Positions 52,838 to 63,968 of a stretch of 64,000 bases of DNA are shown here, piece after piece. Made by a program: the position numbers and the translations under genes. Location: the IMG/VR virus record IMGVR_UViG_3300045988_083449, positions 481-64,480 of that record; one strand, written 5' to 3'. Source of the DNA: a virus. Each line of letters starts with the position of its first letter. Position 1 is the stretch's first letter. The notes beneath the pieces are model-generated. The model saw only the letters and a list, made by a program, of their open reading frames with translations, was not told the DNA's origin and did no database searches.

Positions 52838-55800
52838 ATGTCTGTTGAATCGCTTATCCAAGCAGGACAAAAAGGTTACGCCAACATTCACGATAACGAC
52901 TTTTACTTTTCCGATTCCAACTTTAAAGAGATTGGAGAAAATGAAGAGTTAACAAAGTTCTTTATGAAGCAAGTTGACCCTGACGGCTCTAAGTATGGTG
53001 GAGATGTTGAGAAGGCAAAGACGGGTTTCTTGAATGACTATACATTCAAATCAAACTCCATTTGGGGAGAGGTGAAGGGAGCGGTTCAATCTGCCAATTA
53101 CTCTGAAGAAGAAAGACAGCAGAAGAATTTCCTTCAGCGTATGTACGATACAGCTCCCAACCGTTTGACAGGTAGTGACGGTGTAAGCGGAGCCGCTCAA
53201 GCCTTAGGTTACGGTTTGGCTGGTGGTCTTGTCGGTGAAGACGGTGTTGATCTTGGAATCAATATCGCATCTACTGCCGCATCATCTTGGCTTGGTGCAA
53301 AGATGGGTGCTGCGGCTGGTACTGCTGTAGCTCCTGGTGCAGGTACAGTTGTAGGTGGAGCTCTTGGTGCAATTACAGGCGGAGCCTTAGCCTTATTTGG
53401 CAAGGGAGCTTTGGTCAAAGGAACTCAGCAACTCACTAAGGAGGGGGCACAACAGCTTCTAAAACAAATTGCCACGAAGGAAGGCAAAGACGCCTTAGTC
53501 AAACAGGTCGCTAAAGAATACGGATGGAATACAGCTAAGGCAGAGTTCGCAGTCAATGGTGTGTTAGGCGGAGTAGGCGGAGCCGCTGAGGAATACAAGA
53601 ACGAAAACATCGGGCTGTCTGAAGGCAACTTCACGGACTACCTAACGTCAGCAGGTGGCGGTGCTTTAATGGCTGGTGGTATCGGCGGAGCTTTAGGCTA
53701 CGTTACTTCTCGATTCGGAGAAGGTCGCCGCCTCAGTAAAGAACTGGTTCAGGATACCCGTGACGGTCAGAAGATCATGGCTACCATCGGTGATGACGGC
53801 CCTCGTACTTACCGTGAAGCTATCGAACAGAGACTCAAGGACATTGAGGAAAAAGAAAAGCCGACACAAGACGAGATTATTCAGAAACAACAGCTTGAAG
53901 CTGAAAAGAAACTCTACGATAAGTACCGCATTCCCCTGACAGAAGAACAGCGACAGGGTGTCAACGATCTCTGTTCTGATCTTTCTATCCAGCTTAGACA
54001 GGAAGCTAATGAGCTTGACACATTCCCGTCTACTTCCGGGCATTCTCCTGAAAAACTCAGAGCTGTGGCTGATATGTTGGACAACCTTCTTGACTTCAAC
54101 TCGGCAGAGAAAGCTGTGGTTGATGCCGAGAAATCGTTGGTAGGCGGAGGTGATGATGCACGAGCTAACCTTGCGAGAGTGAAGGCTAAGTGGTCTGCTT
54201 TACGCAGTATTGGCAAGTACCTAAACGACAATAAGTTAGGCGAAAGAGATTCCGTCTACAGTCTCTTAGATGACGCAACGTTCATGGACTTCGCCAAGAA
54301 CCTGGACGAGAACGTTAAGAATGCGATTATTGCTGAGAACAAACGTGTCTATCCTGAAGCAGGTCTGCGTCCAGGAGAAGAGCTCCATCCCCAAACGCCT
54401 ATCGCTCAACCTAAGGACACAAAGGGAGCTACCGCAACCAAACCTCAGCCTGACACTAAGGCGTCCCGTAAGAAGGCAGATATAGCCATCAAAGATAATC
54501 AGTCCGGCAAATCCGCTTCTAAGATCATTGACGAACTAAAGCAGGAAGCTCAAACCAATCCTGAGGAATCAGCCTTAGCTTCCATGACACCTGATGAAAT
54601 CGGAAGCATTGCACCGACAATTGAGGATGTGATTGCTGGAATGCCGAAGGAACAGGCATCTGTTCTGACCCAGCTTACTCAGTCTTCCGTTAAGCCTGAC
54701 GGTACTCCGTCTCAAGTGCCTAAAGAGTTCATGGATGCTTTGCGTTCTATTCCTGAAGACGAAGGTCAGTTCCAACAGTTGGTAGCGAATCTATCCCAAG
54801 GTTCTGGTATTCCAGCCGATCAGTTGGCTCCTGCGTTGAAGGCCGCTAAACAAAGCTATGCCGCAAAGGTTACAGAGATTGAAGCTAAGGTTGGCGATCT
54901 TAAAGCGACTAGTGAACAGATTCTTGAGAGATTAAAGAACGCCCAAGAACAAAGTGCTGCTACGTCTGAAGCGACACCTATATCTGCTGAGATTACACCT
55001 CCGAAAAAGACTCACGAGCAAATCTCTCGTGAAGCTCAAAAGAAACGTGATCAGCTTCAAGCTGAAGCAGATATGACTAAGGCAGACAAAGACGAAGTTG
55101 TCCAACGTCTGAGCCAAAGTGTATCCAAGACTCGTGAAGTATTCGCATCTAAGGAAACGGAAGTCACTAGCTTGATTCAGGATGGAATGTCCTTAGAAGA
55201 TTTCAAAGGCACCGTTCCTGAAAGACTTCAACCGTTGATCGAAGGCGTCACCGATATGGCTACTGCTAGAACAGTGATCAAAGAGAATGCCCAGAGACTT
55301 GCAGACTACTCAATCCTTTCGTCTATCAACGATGTTGTAGGCAGTGAGAACCTGGTTCTCTTTAAGAAGTTCCTACCGTTGTTCGGTGATGATAAGGATG
55401 CAGTACGCCTTGCTAAACGACTGGATAACGTCGTTGCAGACATACACGCTAGAGCGCTCAACGAAGCCGATGGTGAGGGTTTTGATTCCGTCTTAACTTC
55501 CGCCATCAACAAGGGCTTGGTGCCTCTCAAAGGCGCAAGAAAAGGCCGTATTGACCCTGTTCTTGAAGCGGCTAAATGGCTTCCTGAAAACGTAGATGAG
55601 AAGGTTAAAGCCAAGGCGGAGACATTAGCCAAGCGGGTTGCAAAGAGCTGTGAACATAACGCTCAATTTAAGAAGCTATCTGAAGAAGCTCAGAACTCCA
55701 TTAAGGTTCGTCTGATTCAGTCCAGGGTTCAAGGTTACTTAGCTAATCGAGCTGAGTATGAAGGCGTCAAGAACTCAGTTGCCGCCGATATTCAGAAAGC

Positions 55801-58800
55801 ATTCGACAGTGTTGAAGCATTAAAGGGTCAGAAGTTTGACACTATGCAGGATGCAATGTCTGCCATTGGTTCCGCTGAAGAACGCTATCGCTATGTACAG
55901 TCGGAAGATTACATTCAGTCGAAGTTGGACGACTTCTTTAATAAGTATCAGGAACCTGCCAACCTTGCTCCGCATCAGAAAGAAGAAGGCGGTAAGCCTG
56001 TCTATGATGAAAAAGGCAACTTGGTTAAGGTCGAGAAAAAGAAGGGCGTAGTTGACGAGAAGGGTAATGCTGTATACGAAACTCGATATAAGAACGTCAA
56101 CCTGAATACAAGCTCGTCTAGGTACAACCTTCGAAAGAACTTTGATCAGGTTAAAGCTAATGCTCTCGCTACAGCTTCCGGTAGAAAGGCCGGTAAAGAG
56201 ATTGCAGCTCTTGCCCAGAAATTAAATCCGGAAGGATTCAAATCCTTAGATGCAAAAGGATTAACAGAGAAAGAAGCTGAAGGCTTGATCTTGGAAGGAA
56301 TGTTTGATCGCATTATGAATATGCGTGAGAAACAAATCCTCGACCGTCTTGTCAAGAACATGGTTGACGGAACGGAAGACCTCGACGAACAGGCGTTTGA
56401 AGAGATCGGTAGAAAGTTTTGGAATACCAAGTTCACAGATTCCGATAAAGCAATCCTGAAAGAAGTTGCACGTGACGAGTTTGAACACGCTAGAGAACGT
56501 GAAAAGCTGAAAGCGGTCATCACTGCTTATGCTGATAAAGAGAAACTTACTGGAGCGGACAAGCAGATTCTTTCTCGAATCATCGAAGGTATGAACCGAA
56601 TGCTGAAGGAACAGCATGATGTTGTGATCGAGAAGAAAACCAAAGGTGCTAAGAACGCCGTTGACTTTAACAAGACAACACCTATTGTCGAAGCTAAAGA
56701 TGTTGTCCTTGACGAAAAGACTGGCAAACTTCTTATCTTCGGTAAAGAGTACGGTACTTTTATTAAAGACGAATCAGGAAGAATTGTTGTCACGAATCAG
56801 GCAGGTAACACACTCACTCCCGCAGAGAACCTTGAGAAGCTGATGGGACGCAAAAACTTCCAAAAGATTTTACGTAAGGCGGAAAAAGAACAAGCACAAG
56901 AAGCAAAGCCGAAGGTTGCAAAGGAGACAGAAACTAAAGCTCCTGTGACTGCCGATGAAATTATTGAGGAAGTTAGAGCTGATGCTGTTGACGAGATTGT
57001 CGAGAGAGAAGCGGTGAAGTCTGCTGAGACAGAGAAGTCTATCGCCGACTCTGCTTCCACGTTTACGTCCGAGGATTTAGACCGTCCGATCACTGACTAC
57101 TATGCTTTAGTAACAGACGATCAGTTCATTACTGCCCGTGTAAAACGAGCTGATGGTTCTGTGGCGTGGAAACATATCTATATAAACAAGGCTAACCCTA
57201 ATGCTTCCATGAGAACAGCCTTGGGTAATTATCAGAAACAGATCGACCTCGGCAATGTAACGATCATGGGTTGTCCTCTTCGTGGTGGAAAGCGTAAAGG
57301 AGCTGATACTGATTGGTGTGCTCAGAATGCTTTCTACCTAACGAACAACAAAAGAGGAAAGACCGACCCTGCGTGTATCTCAGAGAAAAAAGCTCAAACA
57401 AAACTTGACGGAAGAGTTGCTGAGATTAAAGATTCAATCGGCAACGATGACCCATTGATTCACTTAAAAGCTATGGATTATCCGTTAGAGGAGAAGGAGC
57501 TGAAGTCCGTCTTCTTTACGGGAGAAAACGGAGAAGAGATCAACGGCCTAGACTTTATCAATTCGTTTGAACAACGAGCACAGCAGCTCTCGATTGCGCC
57601 GGGTATGACTCGTGATGCCTTTGAGAAGGAAGTTGCAAAACTCTCTTCGATGGCAAGACTAATTAACGAGAAGCTCCCTTACGGTTATCGCAGAGACAAT
57701 TCAAGCCGCATCAACTCTGCTCGTGGTCTTATGGTAAGAATGAAAGGACTCAATCCGTCCGAGAAGATTTCTGCCTTGAGAGCATTGCAACAGTTGGATA
57801 AAGACTTAGCACCCAACTCCTCACCCTACATCTTCAAAGGTACAGACGAAACACCCTCAGGATTTGGTTACGAGCAGAACGGAAAGATCAACAAGAACGG
57901 TAAGAGAGCAGATAAGATTCTTGTACCTAACGGAACCGATGGGGTTCAATGGTCTCCTGCTGTATCACACGAGCTTCTGCACTGGGGCTTTACCAATCTG
58001 CTTACGCCTGATGAAAAGATTCAGTTCCTTGAAACTTGTGCCAAGAAGTATTTCAACGAGGACGGGACGGTTAATACCAAGTTAGCAGTGAAGATCGGCG
58101 GAAGTAAAGAAGCTGTGTTTAAGGCCGACGGTTCTTTAGATGTAGCTGAGCTTTTCGCATACGAAGGAACAGGTTATTACGGAGACCGTTTAACCAAACA
58201 GGCTGCTCAAGCAAACGATTCCTTCTGGGATATGTTGGTATCTAAGTTCAAAGATTTGATGTCTTGGATTCAAGGCATGAGAAACGACATCTCGCCTGAG
58301 AATATTGAACTCTTTGAAAAGATTCTCCCAAGTGAGTACAACTCCAATCGTTATGAAGCAGGTGTTCTGTACGACTTGACCGCTAAAGAAAGAGTCGCAG
58401 TTTCTACGCTTGATTCAAAGACCAACAAAGGTGTTCATGGTTTGAACATTATGAACAACCTTGAGAAGGTTAGAGCTGATGCATTCAGAGCTATGTTCGA
58501 CCCGTCTATGTCTTTGCTTGATCGAGCCGAAGCAATGAAGAGTGTTGCCGGATATCTCAAGGGAGTGATTCACGGCTCACGTACTGAGATTGGTTCTGAG
58601 TACATCGCAAAAATCAGAGGAAAGATTATCGGCTACGCCGAACAAATCTCTGATGCTGAAGGTAATAAGCTCATTGAAAGTAAGCTGAAGACTAACAACT
58701 TATTTATTAAAGGCAAGAAAGATAACCGACAGTTCGGCACAGTTCTTGAGGTTTATCAAGATCGGTACAAGAGCCTTGGCTACTCAGACGAAGAAGCAAA

Positions 58801-61800
58801 GAGATTGGCTGAAGGTTCTGTTATTGATGACGTATTGGATAAGGCAGAACGAGGTGATGCTTTGTATTCCGACGATCTTCTGTTTGATGATGTTGGAGAA
58901 GATGCAGGATACCGTGCAACCAATACTCAGTCTCCTGATGCTGACACTCGTTCCTTGTCCCCTGAACGTTTAGCTGAGATCAACGAACAGGCAGAAAAGG
59001 AAACATTGGACGAAGCTAATAAGTGGCTGAGGGAAAACAACCTTCCTGAAGTTCACTCGGACAACGAACTGTCTGCCGCTTTTGAAGCAGGGAATATTCC
59101 TCGGGAAGAGATGATGGACTTCATGGACTTCTATGAAACCCGTCTCGAAGAACTTAAAGGTACAGCACAAGCGGAGCTTGTTAATAAAACAGAAGTGGGA
59201 GCGCCGAGAGGAAACAGTGCTGCTGTTCAGAAAACATTGGGCAGACTGTACGACATCATTGTTGACGCAGAAGATTCTGTTATCACAACGATGAAGAACA
59301 ACGGTTATGCTCTTGCTCCTAACGAACGTCACCGTCCGAGTGTTGCACCTAAGGGAGAGAAGTTCACTCCTCCGTCTAAGCCAAGTGGCCCGAAGACTCC
59401 TGAGGTAAACGTCGTCAAAGAAAGCGTTGATGCCAAGGCTCTGTTAGGTGAAACAGACGGCATTCCGAATCTTGCGCCTCCGAAGATTAAAGCAGTTCTC
59501 GATTCTATTCTTACATCAGAAAAGCCTGAGGTTAGAGACGCCGTTCGTAGAATGCTGTTCCGCTACAGTGAGTTCTTAGGCAGGGATGATCTAACAGTCA
59601 GAGACATTGCAAACCTATTAGACATTGAGCTTCCTGAGTTTATTGACCCTGATAAAGTGGTAGATGCCTCTGCTAGTTTTATTGCGAATCCGAACGGCAG
59701 AAAAGCTGATGCTGACTTTTACACAGATGCGACAACTAAGCTCAAGTCAATCGGCTTGTACCTTACTCAGGGAGCGAAGTCTGATGTGAACCAGTTGCTA
59801 TCCGCCAATCTCTATCTATCCTTAAGCGACAGCATGAGTATGGATGTGTTGGAAGATGGAATTAAATACATCTTTGATGTTGGAGCTACTCCAAGAGTTA
59901 GCCGTGATTCTTACAAAGCAAGACTTCTCAATCTTCCAGAGAACGTCCTTGACGGCATGAGAGAGTTCCTGAAGACTGACGATCTTAAGAAAGCCTTTGC
60001 GGATATTGACTTTGAGAAAGGAACTGAAGGAGCATTCTTTACCATTGATGGCAAGAAGGTTCCTGTCGGTGATGTGGTACAGACTGTTTACAGCAACCTT
60101 GCTCCTGAACCTACAACAGTCAAAGCCTACACCCCAATTACAGGAGCGATGGATACAGCAATTGATAACGGTTATGCACAGAACACATCGTCTGCCGCTG
60201 TTCGTATCGCCGCTTTGGGTAAGGGATGTACTCCTGCCCAAGCTGAGGTTACAGCAGGTTTAATTCCCACACGCATTCGTAATTGGTGGGGAGACTCTGT
60301 GTTCAAGAAAGCTCTGACTTCTATGGACAACGGTCTGTCTGTTGTTCTTTCATCCAACACCAAACGCTGTAAGGACTTAGGCGCCAACTTCCTTGCCGAA
60401 ACAGGACGATTCTTCTACGAAGATAAGTCACGCTTCATTGGTAAACACTACGACAAACTTCAGACTGCTTTGCGTGAGCTGAGAGGAAGTGAGGTAAAGG
60501 GTAGATCAAACCTTCGCAATCAGATCGGCAACGACTTTGAAGATATAAAGCGAAGCCTTCTGACGAACAACCATCTCGGTATCGTTACAGAGAACGAACG
60601 TGGAGTTATCGACTTTATGCGTACAGCTACAAACGATAACTGGCAACGCAAATGGGATAACCTTAACGAGGTTCAGAGAAATGCCGTCACAGAACTGACC
60701 AACCAGTTTGAAACCATTCGTAAGGAGATGGTTGATCTCGGTATTCAGGTCAACGACTACCGTGGAATGAACGGCATTCTCCATTACCTGCCGCAGAGAT
60801 TCAATAAGGATTGGGTCACAAACAACCATGACAAGTTTATGGAAGGTATGACTAAGTTCTTCGTGAGCGAAGGAAAGTCTCAGCGTGATGCAGTGAACGT
60901 TGCGGAAAGTCTGTACTCCCACATTGCCAACGACTTTGAGTTCTCAGGATTCTCAGGAACCGACCCGAAGTTTGCTCGTAAGAGCGGTGAAGGTTTGTAC
61001 GCTCGTGTACTGAACATTAAGCCCGAGCAGTGGAAAGAGTTTGGTCTGACCGATATGTTCGACAACAACCTTGAAGCATTGGCTCGTGACTACATTGACC
61101 ATGCAGGTACGCTGATTGAACGAACCAAACGTTGGGGTGTTGAAGGACACGGAAGAGCTGCTTATTTCTCCGTACAAGCCGGTGGTCTTGACGGAGCTGC
61201 TAACGTTCTGATGCACAGTCAAGAAGCACAGAAACGAATCTTCCAAAGCGGAGACAACGCTAGATTAAATTCCGCATTGGAAGTAAATCTCTTCGGGCCT
61301 TTAACAACCAATCCTGAGGAAGCAAAGAAGATTGCAGAGTCTATTGAAAGAGCACTGAACGATGGAGTTTCGGTTGACAACATTGTGAACACGCTCGTTC
61401 AGTTGTATGCCGCAAACAGAGGAGCAGGGCTTGTTCACTTCCAGCGTGAAATGAACTGCCTTGTCAACGGCATTAAAGACTTCGGTCTGTCTGTCGGCCC
61501 TGATGCAAAGATTCCTCAGAAACACGCTAAGTATTTAGTACAGGCGTCTGACCTTCTTACAGGCATGAGAGGAGCTCCCAAAGACGACATGGCTGCTATC
61601 GGTTGGATGACATCTCTGAACAACATGACCATGCTTTCAATGGCAACGATTGCATCCTTGTCCGACGTTGGTTTGATCGGTGTTCGTTCAGGTGAAGTGA
61701 TGCCGTTCATTAAAGGTATCAAGGCAACCATGAAGCAGATGGCAGGAGGAGATCAGGCAGAACGTGATGCCATTCGTTCTCTCGGCGTCCAGTTTGAAAC

Positions 61801-62887
61801 CGACCGAATGAATAACTTCCTCAATAACAACAACGGTCGTATTCAGGGTATGAACAACGCCTTCTTCAAGGCAACAGGTCTTACTCAGTGGACAGCATTC
61901 TCTCGACAGATGTCGGCCAACGTTGGCTTTGAAGCGATTAAGTGTTTCCAGCGACAGGCTCGTGAAGCAATGGCCTCAGGTAATCAGAACAGTCTGACCT
62001 ATCGTAAGGCTATGTACTGGCTGAGAACGCTTGGTCTGAATGACCCCGAGTTTATTAACGGCAGAGCCTTAACCTCCTACGCAGATATGATCGAAGCGTG
62101 TAAGGCAGACCCGAGTCTAGAAAGCATGAACGAGAAGGTTGCAAGAGCTGTGGTTAAGTTCGTCAACCAATCCGCCTTTGCTCCCAACCGTGCAGACACT
62201 CCAGCTTGGGCACAGTCAGGATTCGGAAGACTGGTGTTCCAGTTCAAGTCTTACCCGTTGATGTTAGGTCGTCTGACTAAGTGGGCTTTAGATTCCGCTC
62301 GTTTCAAGAACGGTGCCAACATCAAACCGTTAGTTCTCCTTGCGACACTTGGTGTCGGAATGGGCGCCGGTGGTCAGGCATTACGTGATGTGATCTCAGG
62401 TCGCAACATTGACTACGAAGATGACGATCAGTCCTTTGCAGATATGCATAGTGTCAAGCAGAGACTCGCTTCTGAAATCTGCCGACAGATGGGTTGGGAA
62501 TCTTGGGCGGACAGCCTTGAAGGTACACAGGTTGATTCCATTATCGGTTGGTATGCCTCAGGTCTGATGGGTCTTGGTGCCTTGGGTGTCATCGGTGACT
62601 TCGCATTCAACCTTACCGAATCCACACAGGACGGAGCTTACGGGGAACTCAACGTTGCTAAGCAGCTCTTCGGCCCGTCATTCGGTACGGTCATGGATGC
62701 CTACCATGTTGCTAAGACTGGCTACAACATGACGGCGGAAGGTCTTGGTATTAAGAGTGAACGTCCGAGCAACAAGGACGAGAGAAGGGCTTTCAGTGTT
62801 CTTGAAAGCCGCATCCCTGTCGTCGGTGGATTCCGATCTCTCGGACGTGAACTCAAGGATTACTTAGTGCCCTTAGAGGAGAACTAA
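52838..62887 (+). CDS. giant (3349 aa) multidomain virion/ejected protein with HExxH zincin motif
   Basis: A single uninterrupted ORF. Gly-zipper hydrophobic segments lie near both ends. SHELLHWGF contains HELLH at 57968-57982. It is the last gene of the late operon. Confidence 0.6.
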   Translation: MSVESLIQAGQKGYANIHDNDFYFSDSNFKEIGENEELTKFFMKQVDPDGSKYGGDVEKAKTGFLNDYTFKSNSIWGEVKGAVQSANYSEEERQQKNFLQRMYDTAPNRLTGSDGVSGAAQALGYGLAGGLVGEDGVDLGINIASTAASSWLGAKMGAAAGTAVAPGAGTVVGGALGAITGGALALFGKGALVKGTQQLTKEGAQQLLKQIATKEGKDALVKQVAKEYGWNTAKAEFAVNGVLGGVGGAAEEYKNENIGLSEGNFTDYLTSAGGGALMAGGIGGALGYVTSRFGEGRRLSKELVQDTRDGQKIMATIGDDGPRTYREAIEQRLKDIEEKEKPTQDEIIQKQQLEAEKKLYDKYRIPLTEEQRQGVNDLCSDLSIQLRQEANELDTFPSTSGHSPEKLRAVADMLDNLLDFNSAEKAVVDAEKSLVGGGDDARANLARVKAKWSALRSIGKYLNDNKLGERDSVYSLLDDATFMDFAKNLDENVKNAIIAENKRVYPEAGLRPGEELHPQTPIAQPKDTKGATATKPQPDTKASRKKADIAIKDNQSGKSASKIIDELKQEAQTNPEESALASMTPDEIGSIAPTIEDVIAGMPKEQASVLTQLTQSSVKPDGTPSQVPKEFMDALRSIPEDEGQFQQLVANLSQGSGIPADQLAPALKAAKQSYAAKVTEIEAKVGDLKATSEQILERLKNAQEQSAATSEATPISAEITPPKKTHEQISREAQKKRDQLQAEADMTKADKDEVVQRLSQSVSKTREVFASKETEVTSLIQDGMSLEDFKGTVPERLQPLIEGVTDMATARTVIKENAQRLADYSILSSINDVVGSENLVLFKKFLPLFGDDKDAVRLAKRLDNVVADIHARALNEADGEGFDSVLTSAINKGLVPLKGARKGRIDPVLEAAKWLPENVDEKVKAKAETLAKRVAKSCEHNAQFKKLSEEAQNSIKVRLIQSRVQGYLANRAEYEGVKNSVAADIQKAFDSVEALKGQKFDTMQDAMSAIGSAEERYRYVQSEDYIQSKLDDFFNKYQEPANLAPHQKEEGGKPVYDEKGNLVKVEKKKGVVDEKGNAVYETRYKNVNLNTSSSRYNLRKNFDQVKANALATASGRKAGKEIAALAQKLNPEGFKSLDAKGLTEKEAEGLILEGMFDRIMNMREKQILDRLVKNMVDGTEDLDEQAFEEIGRKFWNTKFTDSDKAILKEVARDEFEHAREREKLKAVITAYADKEKLTGADKQILSRIIEGMNRMLKEQHDVVIEKKTKGAKNAVDFNKTTPIVEAKDVVLDEKTGKLLIFGKEYGTFIKDESGRIVVTNQAGNTLTPAENLEKLMGRKNFQKILRKAEKEQAQEAKPKVAKETETKAPVTADEIIEEVRADAVDEIVEREAVKSAETEKSIADSASTFTSEDLDRPITDYYALVTDDQFITARVKRADGSVAWKHIYINKANPNASMRTALGNYQKQIDLGNVTIMGCPLRGGKRKGADTDWCAQNAFYLTNNKRGKTDPACISEKKAQTKLDGRVAEIKDSIGNDDPLIHLKAMDYPLEEKELKSVFFTGENGEEINGLDFINSFEQRAQQLSIAPGMTRDAFEKEVAKLSSMARLINEKLPYGYRRDNSSRINSARGLMVRMKGLNPSEKISALRALQQLDKDLAPNSSPYIFKGTDETPSGFGYEQNGKINKNGKRADKILVPNGTDGVQWSPAVSHELLHWGFTNLLTPDEKIQFLETCAKKYFNEDGTVNTKLAVKIGGSKEAVFKADGSLDVAELFAYEGTGYYGDRLTKQAAQANDSFWDMLVSKFKDLMSWIQGMRNDISPENIELFEKILPSEYNSNRYEAGVLYDLTAKERVAVSTLDSKTNKGVHGLNIMNNLEKVRADAFRAMFDPSMSLLDRAEAMKSVAGYLKGVIHGSRTEIGSEYIAKIRGKIIGYAEQISDAEGNKLIESKLKTNNLFIKGKKDNRQFGTVLEVYQDRYKSLGYSDEEAKRLAEGSVIDDVLDKAERGDALYSDDLLFDDVGEDAGYRATNTQSPDADTRSLSPERLAEINEQAEKETLDEANKWLRENNLPEVHSDNELSAAFEAGNIPREEMMDFMDFYETRLEELKGTAQAELVNKTEVGAPRGNSAAVQKTLGRLYDIIVDAEDSVITTMKNNGYALAPNERHRPSVAPKGEKFTPPSKPSGPKTPEVNVVKESVDAKALLGETDGIPNLAPPKIKAVLDSILTSEKPEVRDAVRRMLFRYSEFLGRDDLTVRDIANLLDIELPEFIDPDKVVDASASFIANPNGRKADADFYTDATTKLKSIGLYLTQGAKSDVNQLLSANLYLSLSDSMSMDVLEDGIKYIFDVGATPRVSRDSYKARLLNLPENVLDGMREFLKTDDLKKAFADIDFEKGTEGAFFTIDGKKVPVGDVVQTVYSNLAPEPTTVKAYTPITGAMDTAIDNGYAQNTSSAAVRIAALGKGCTPAQAEVTAGLIPTRIRNWWGDSVFKKALTSMDNGLSVVLSSNTKRCKDLGANFLAETGRFFYEDKSRFIGKHYDKLQTALRELRGSEVKGRSNLRNQIGNDFEDIKRSLLTNNHLGIVTENERGVIDFMRTATNDNWQRKWDNLNEVQRNAVTELTNQFETIRKEMVDLGIQVNDYRGMNGILHYLPQRFNKDWVTNNHDKFMEGMTKFFVSEGKSQRDAVNVAESLYSHIANDFEFSGFSGTDPKFARKSGEGLYARVLNIKPEQWKEFGLTDMFDNNLEALARDYIDHAGTLIERTKRWGVEGHGRAAYFSVQAGGLDGAANVLMHSQEAQKRIFQSGDNARLNSALEVNLFGPLTTNPEEAKKIAESIERALNDGVSVDNIVNTLVQLYAANRGAGLVHFQREMNCLVNGIKDFGLSVGPDAKIPQKHAKYLVQASDLLTGMRGAPKDDMAAIGWMTSLNNMTMLSMATIASLSDVGLIGVRSGEVMPFIKGIKATMKQMAGGDQAERDAIRSLGVQFETDRMNNFLNNNNGRIQGMNNAFFKATGLTQWTAFSRQMSANVGFEAIKCFQRQAREAMASGNQNSLTYRKAMYWLRTLGLNDPEFINGRALTSYADMIEACKADPSLESMNEKVARAVVKFVNQSAFAPNRADTPAWAQSGFGRLVFQFKSYPLMLGRLTKWALDSARFKNGANIKPLVLLATLGVGMGAGGQALRDVISGRNIDYEDDDQSFADMHSVKQRLASEICRQMGWESWADSLEGTQVDSIIGWYASGLMGLGALGVIGDFAFNLTESTQDGAYGELNVAKQLFGPSFGTVMDAYHVAKTGYNMTAEGLGIKSERPSNKDERRAFSVLESRIPVVGGFRSLGRELKDYLVPLEEN

Positions 62888-63906
62888 TCTAACAGGTCTG
62901 CTATGCGGTCTGCCGATTCTCGGTAGTACCGCATAGTCATCTTTATATCTGTGTGTCCTAGCTGACGAGCTAACGCTAAAGGCGGTAGCTTCTGAGCGGC
63001 ATGAGTGCAGAACGTGGCCCTTCCGTCATGGAAACGGAGGGCTTCTTGTATTACGTTGCCGTGGCTGTCTTTCTTTATTGTGAATCCCAGCTTATCTCTA
63101 AGTCTTCTAAATATAGTAGTGACTGAACCTCTATGTAATCCGAACACCTTTGGGTAGCCTAACGGAAGAAGTAAGCTCAACAACTTCCGTGCTTCAGATG
63201 ATAATGCGACATCTCTTCTGCGATTTGTCTTAGTGGCTTCGGCTGGAAGTGAGATTGACTTGTGACCAATCCATGATCTTTCAAGCTCACAGATTTCTCC
63301 CAGCCTCATTCCTGTTAATGTTGAAAAGACAAATGCTGCTACGACTCTTTGCGTAACAGACTTAGGCATATCTCTTGCATACCAACCTGCTTCTTGACAG
63401 AGCATGGCGATCTCTTGATCGGAGGCAATCCTTTCCCTAGGCGGGAGGCTTCTTAATTTCATAACGCCAGTCATAGGATTGGATTCAATGTAACCTTTGC
63501 GAATCGCAAACTGCAAAGCCGAATGCATTATTGCCCGTTCCTTTTTTAGAGTACATTCGCACACAGTTGTATTCCTATTTGTCTTTACCTTAAGGCGCCT
63601 ACAGAAGTAGTCGTCGAAGTCTTTAACTTTCAGTTGAGAGATTTTGACGGAGGAGATACGAACATCTCTTTGTATCTTTTTCACTCGGAGAATGTCCTGC
63701 TTCGCTCCCTTGTGATACTTCGCTACCTGATCTGCGTACAGATCAAGCAGTTGCTTAAAGCTGATGTTTCCATCATCTTCAAAATAGCCTGAAGGATTGA
63801 GACTAAAGGCTTTCGCTTCCTTGAGTGTATCGAATGTCCCCCTGTGGAACTTGCCTTGTATAGTGAGGGTTACTCGATACTTGTTGCCACGTTTTTCGAT
63901 ACTCAT
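62884..63906 (-). CDS. int: tyrosine integrase
   Basis: TGMRLGEI (Arg), RFHDGRATF, and LGHTDIKMTMRYY (His...Tyr). At 340 aa it has an N-terminal SAM-like/arm domain. It is adjacent to a tRNA 3' fragment. Confidence 0.85.
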   Translation of the reverse strand: MSIEKRGNKYRVTLTIQGKFHRGTFDTLKEAKAFSLNPSGYFEDDGNISFKQLLDLYADQVAKYHKGAKQDILRVKKIQRDVRISSVKISQLKVKDFDDYFCRRLKVKTNRNTTVCECTLKKERAIMHSALQFAIRKGYIESNPMTGVMKLRSLPPRERIASDQEIAMLCQEAGWYARDMPKSVTQRVVAAFVFSTLTGMRLGEICELERSWIGHKSISLPAEATKTNRRRDVALSSEARKLLSLLLPLGYPKVFGLHRGSVTTIFRRLRDKLGFTIKKDSHGNVIQEALRFHDGRATFCTHAAQKLPPLALARQLGHTDIKMTMRYYRESADRIADLLD

Positions 63907-63968
63907 TGCACGGATAGAATTTATGTGTATAATCTACCCACGTTGCTTGAGAGCTCCGATGAATAGTC

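Noticed and set aside
51664-62625. Numerous 60-200-aa antisense or out-of-frame ORFs inside the giant late genes, for example 51664..52269(-), 53693..54043(-), 59822..60241(-) and 60506..60922(-)
   Set aside because: All are nested within long uninterrupted plus-strand ORFs, lack RBSs, and have shadow-frame composition.
52838-62887. The 3349-aa ORF as an N4-type virion RNA polymerase
   Set aside because: The size is similar, but I could not find single-subunit RNAP motif A/B/C patterns by eye. The genome is temperate, with integrases, and lacks other N4-like hallmarks. The context (SLT protein, Gly-zipper proteins) fits ejection proteins. The idea remains open to a profile search.
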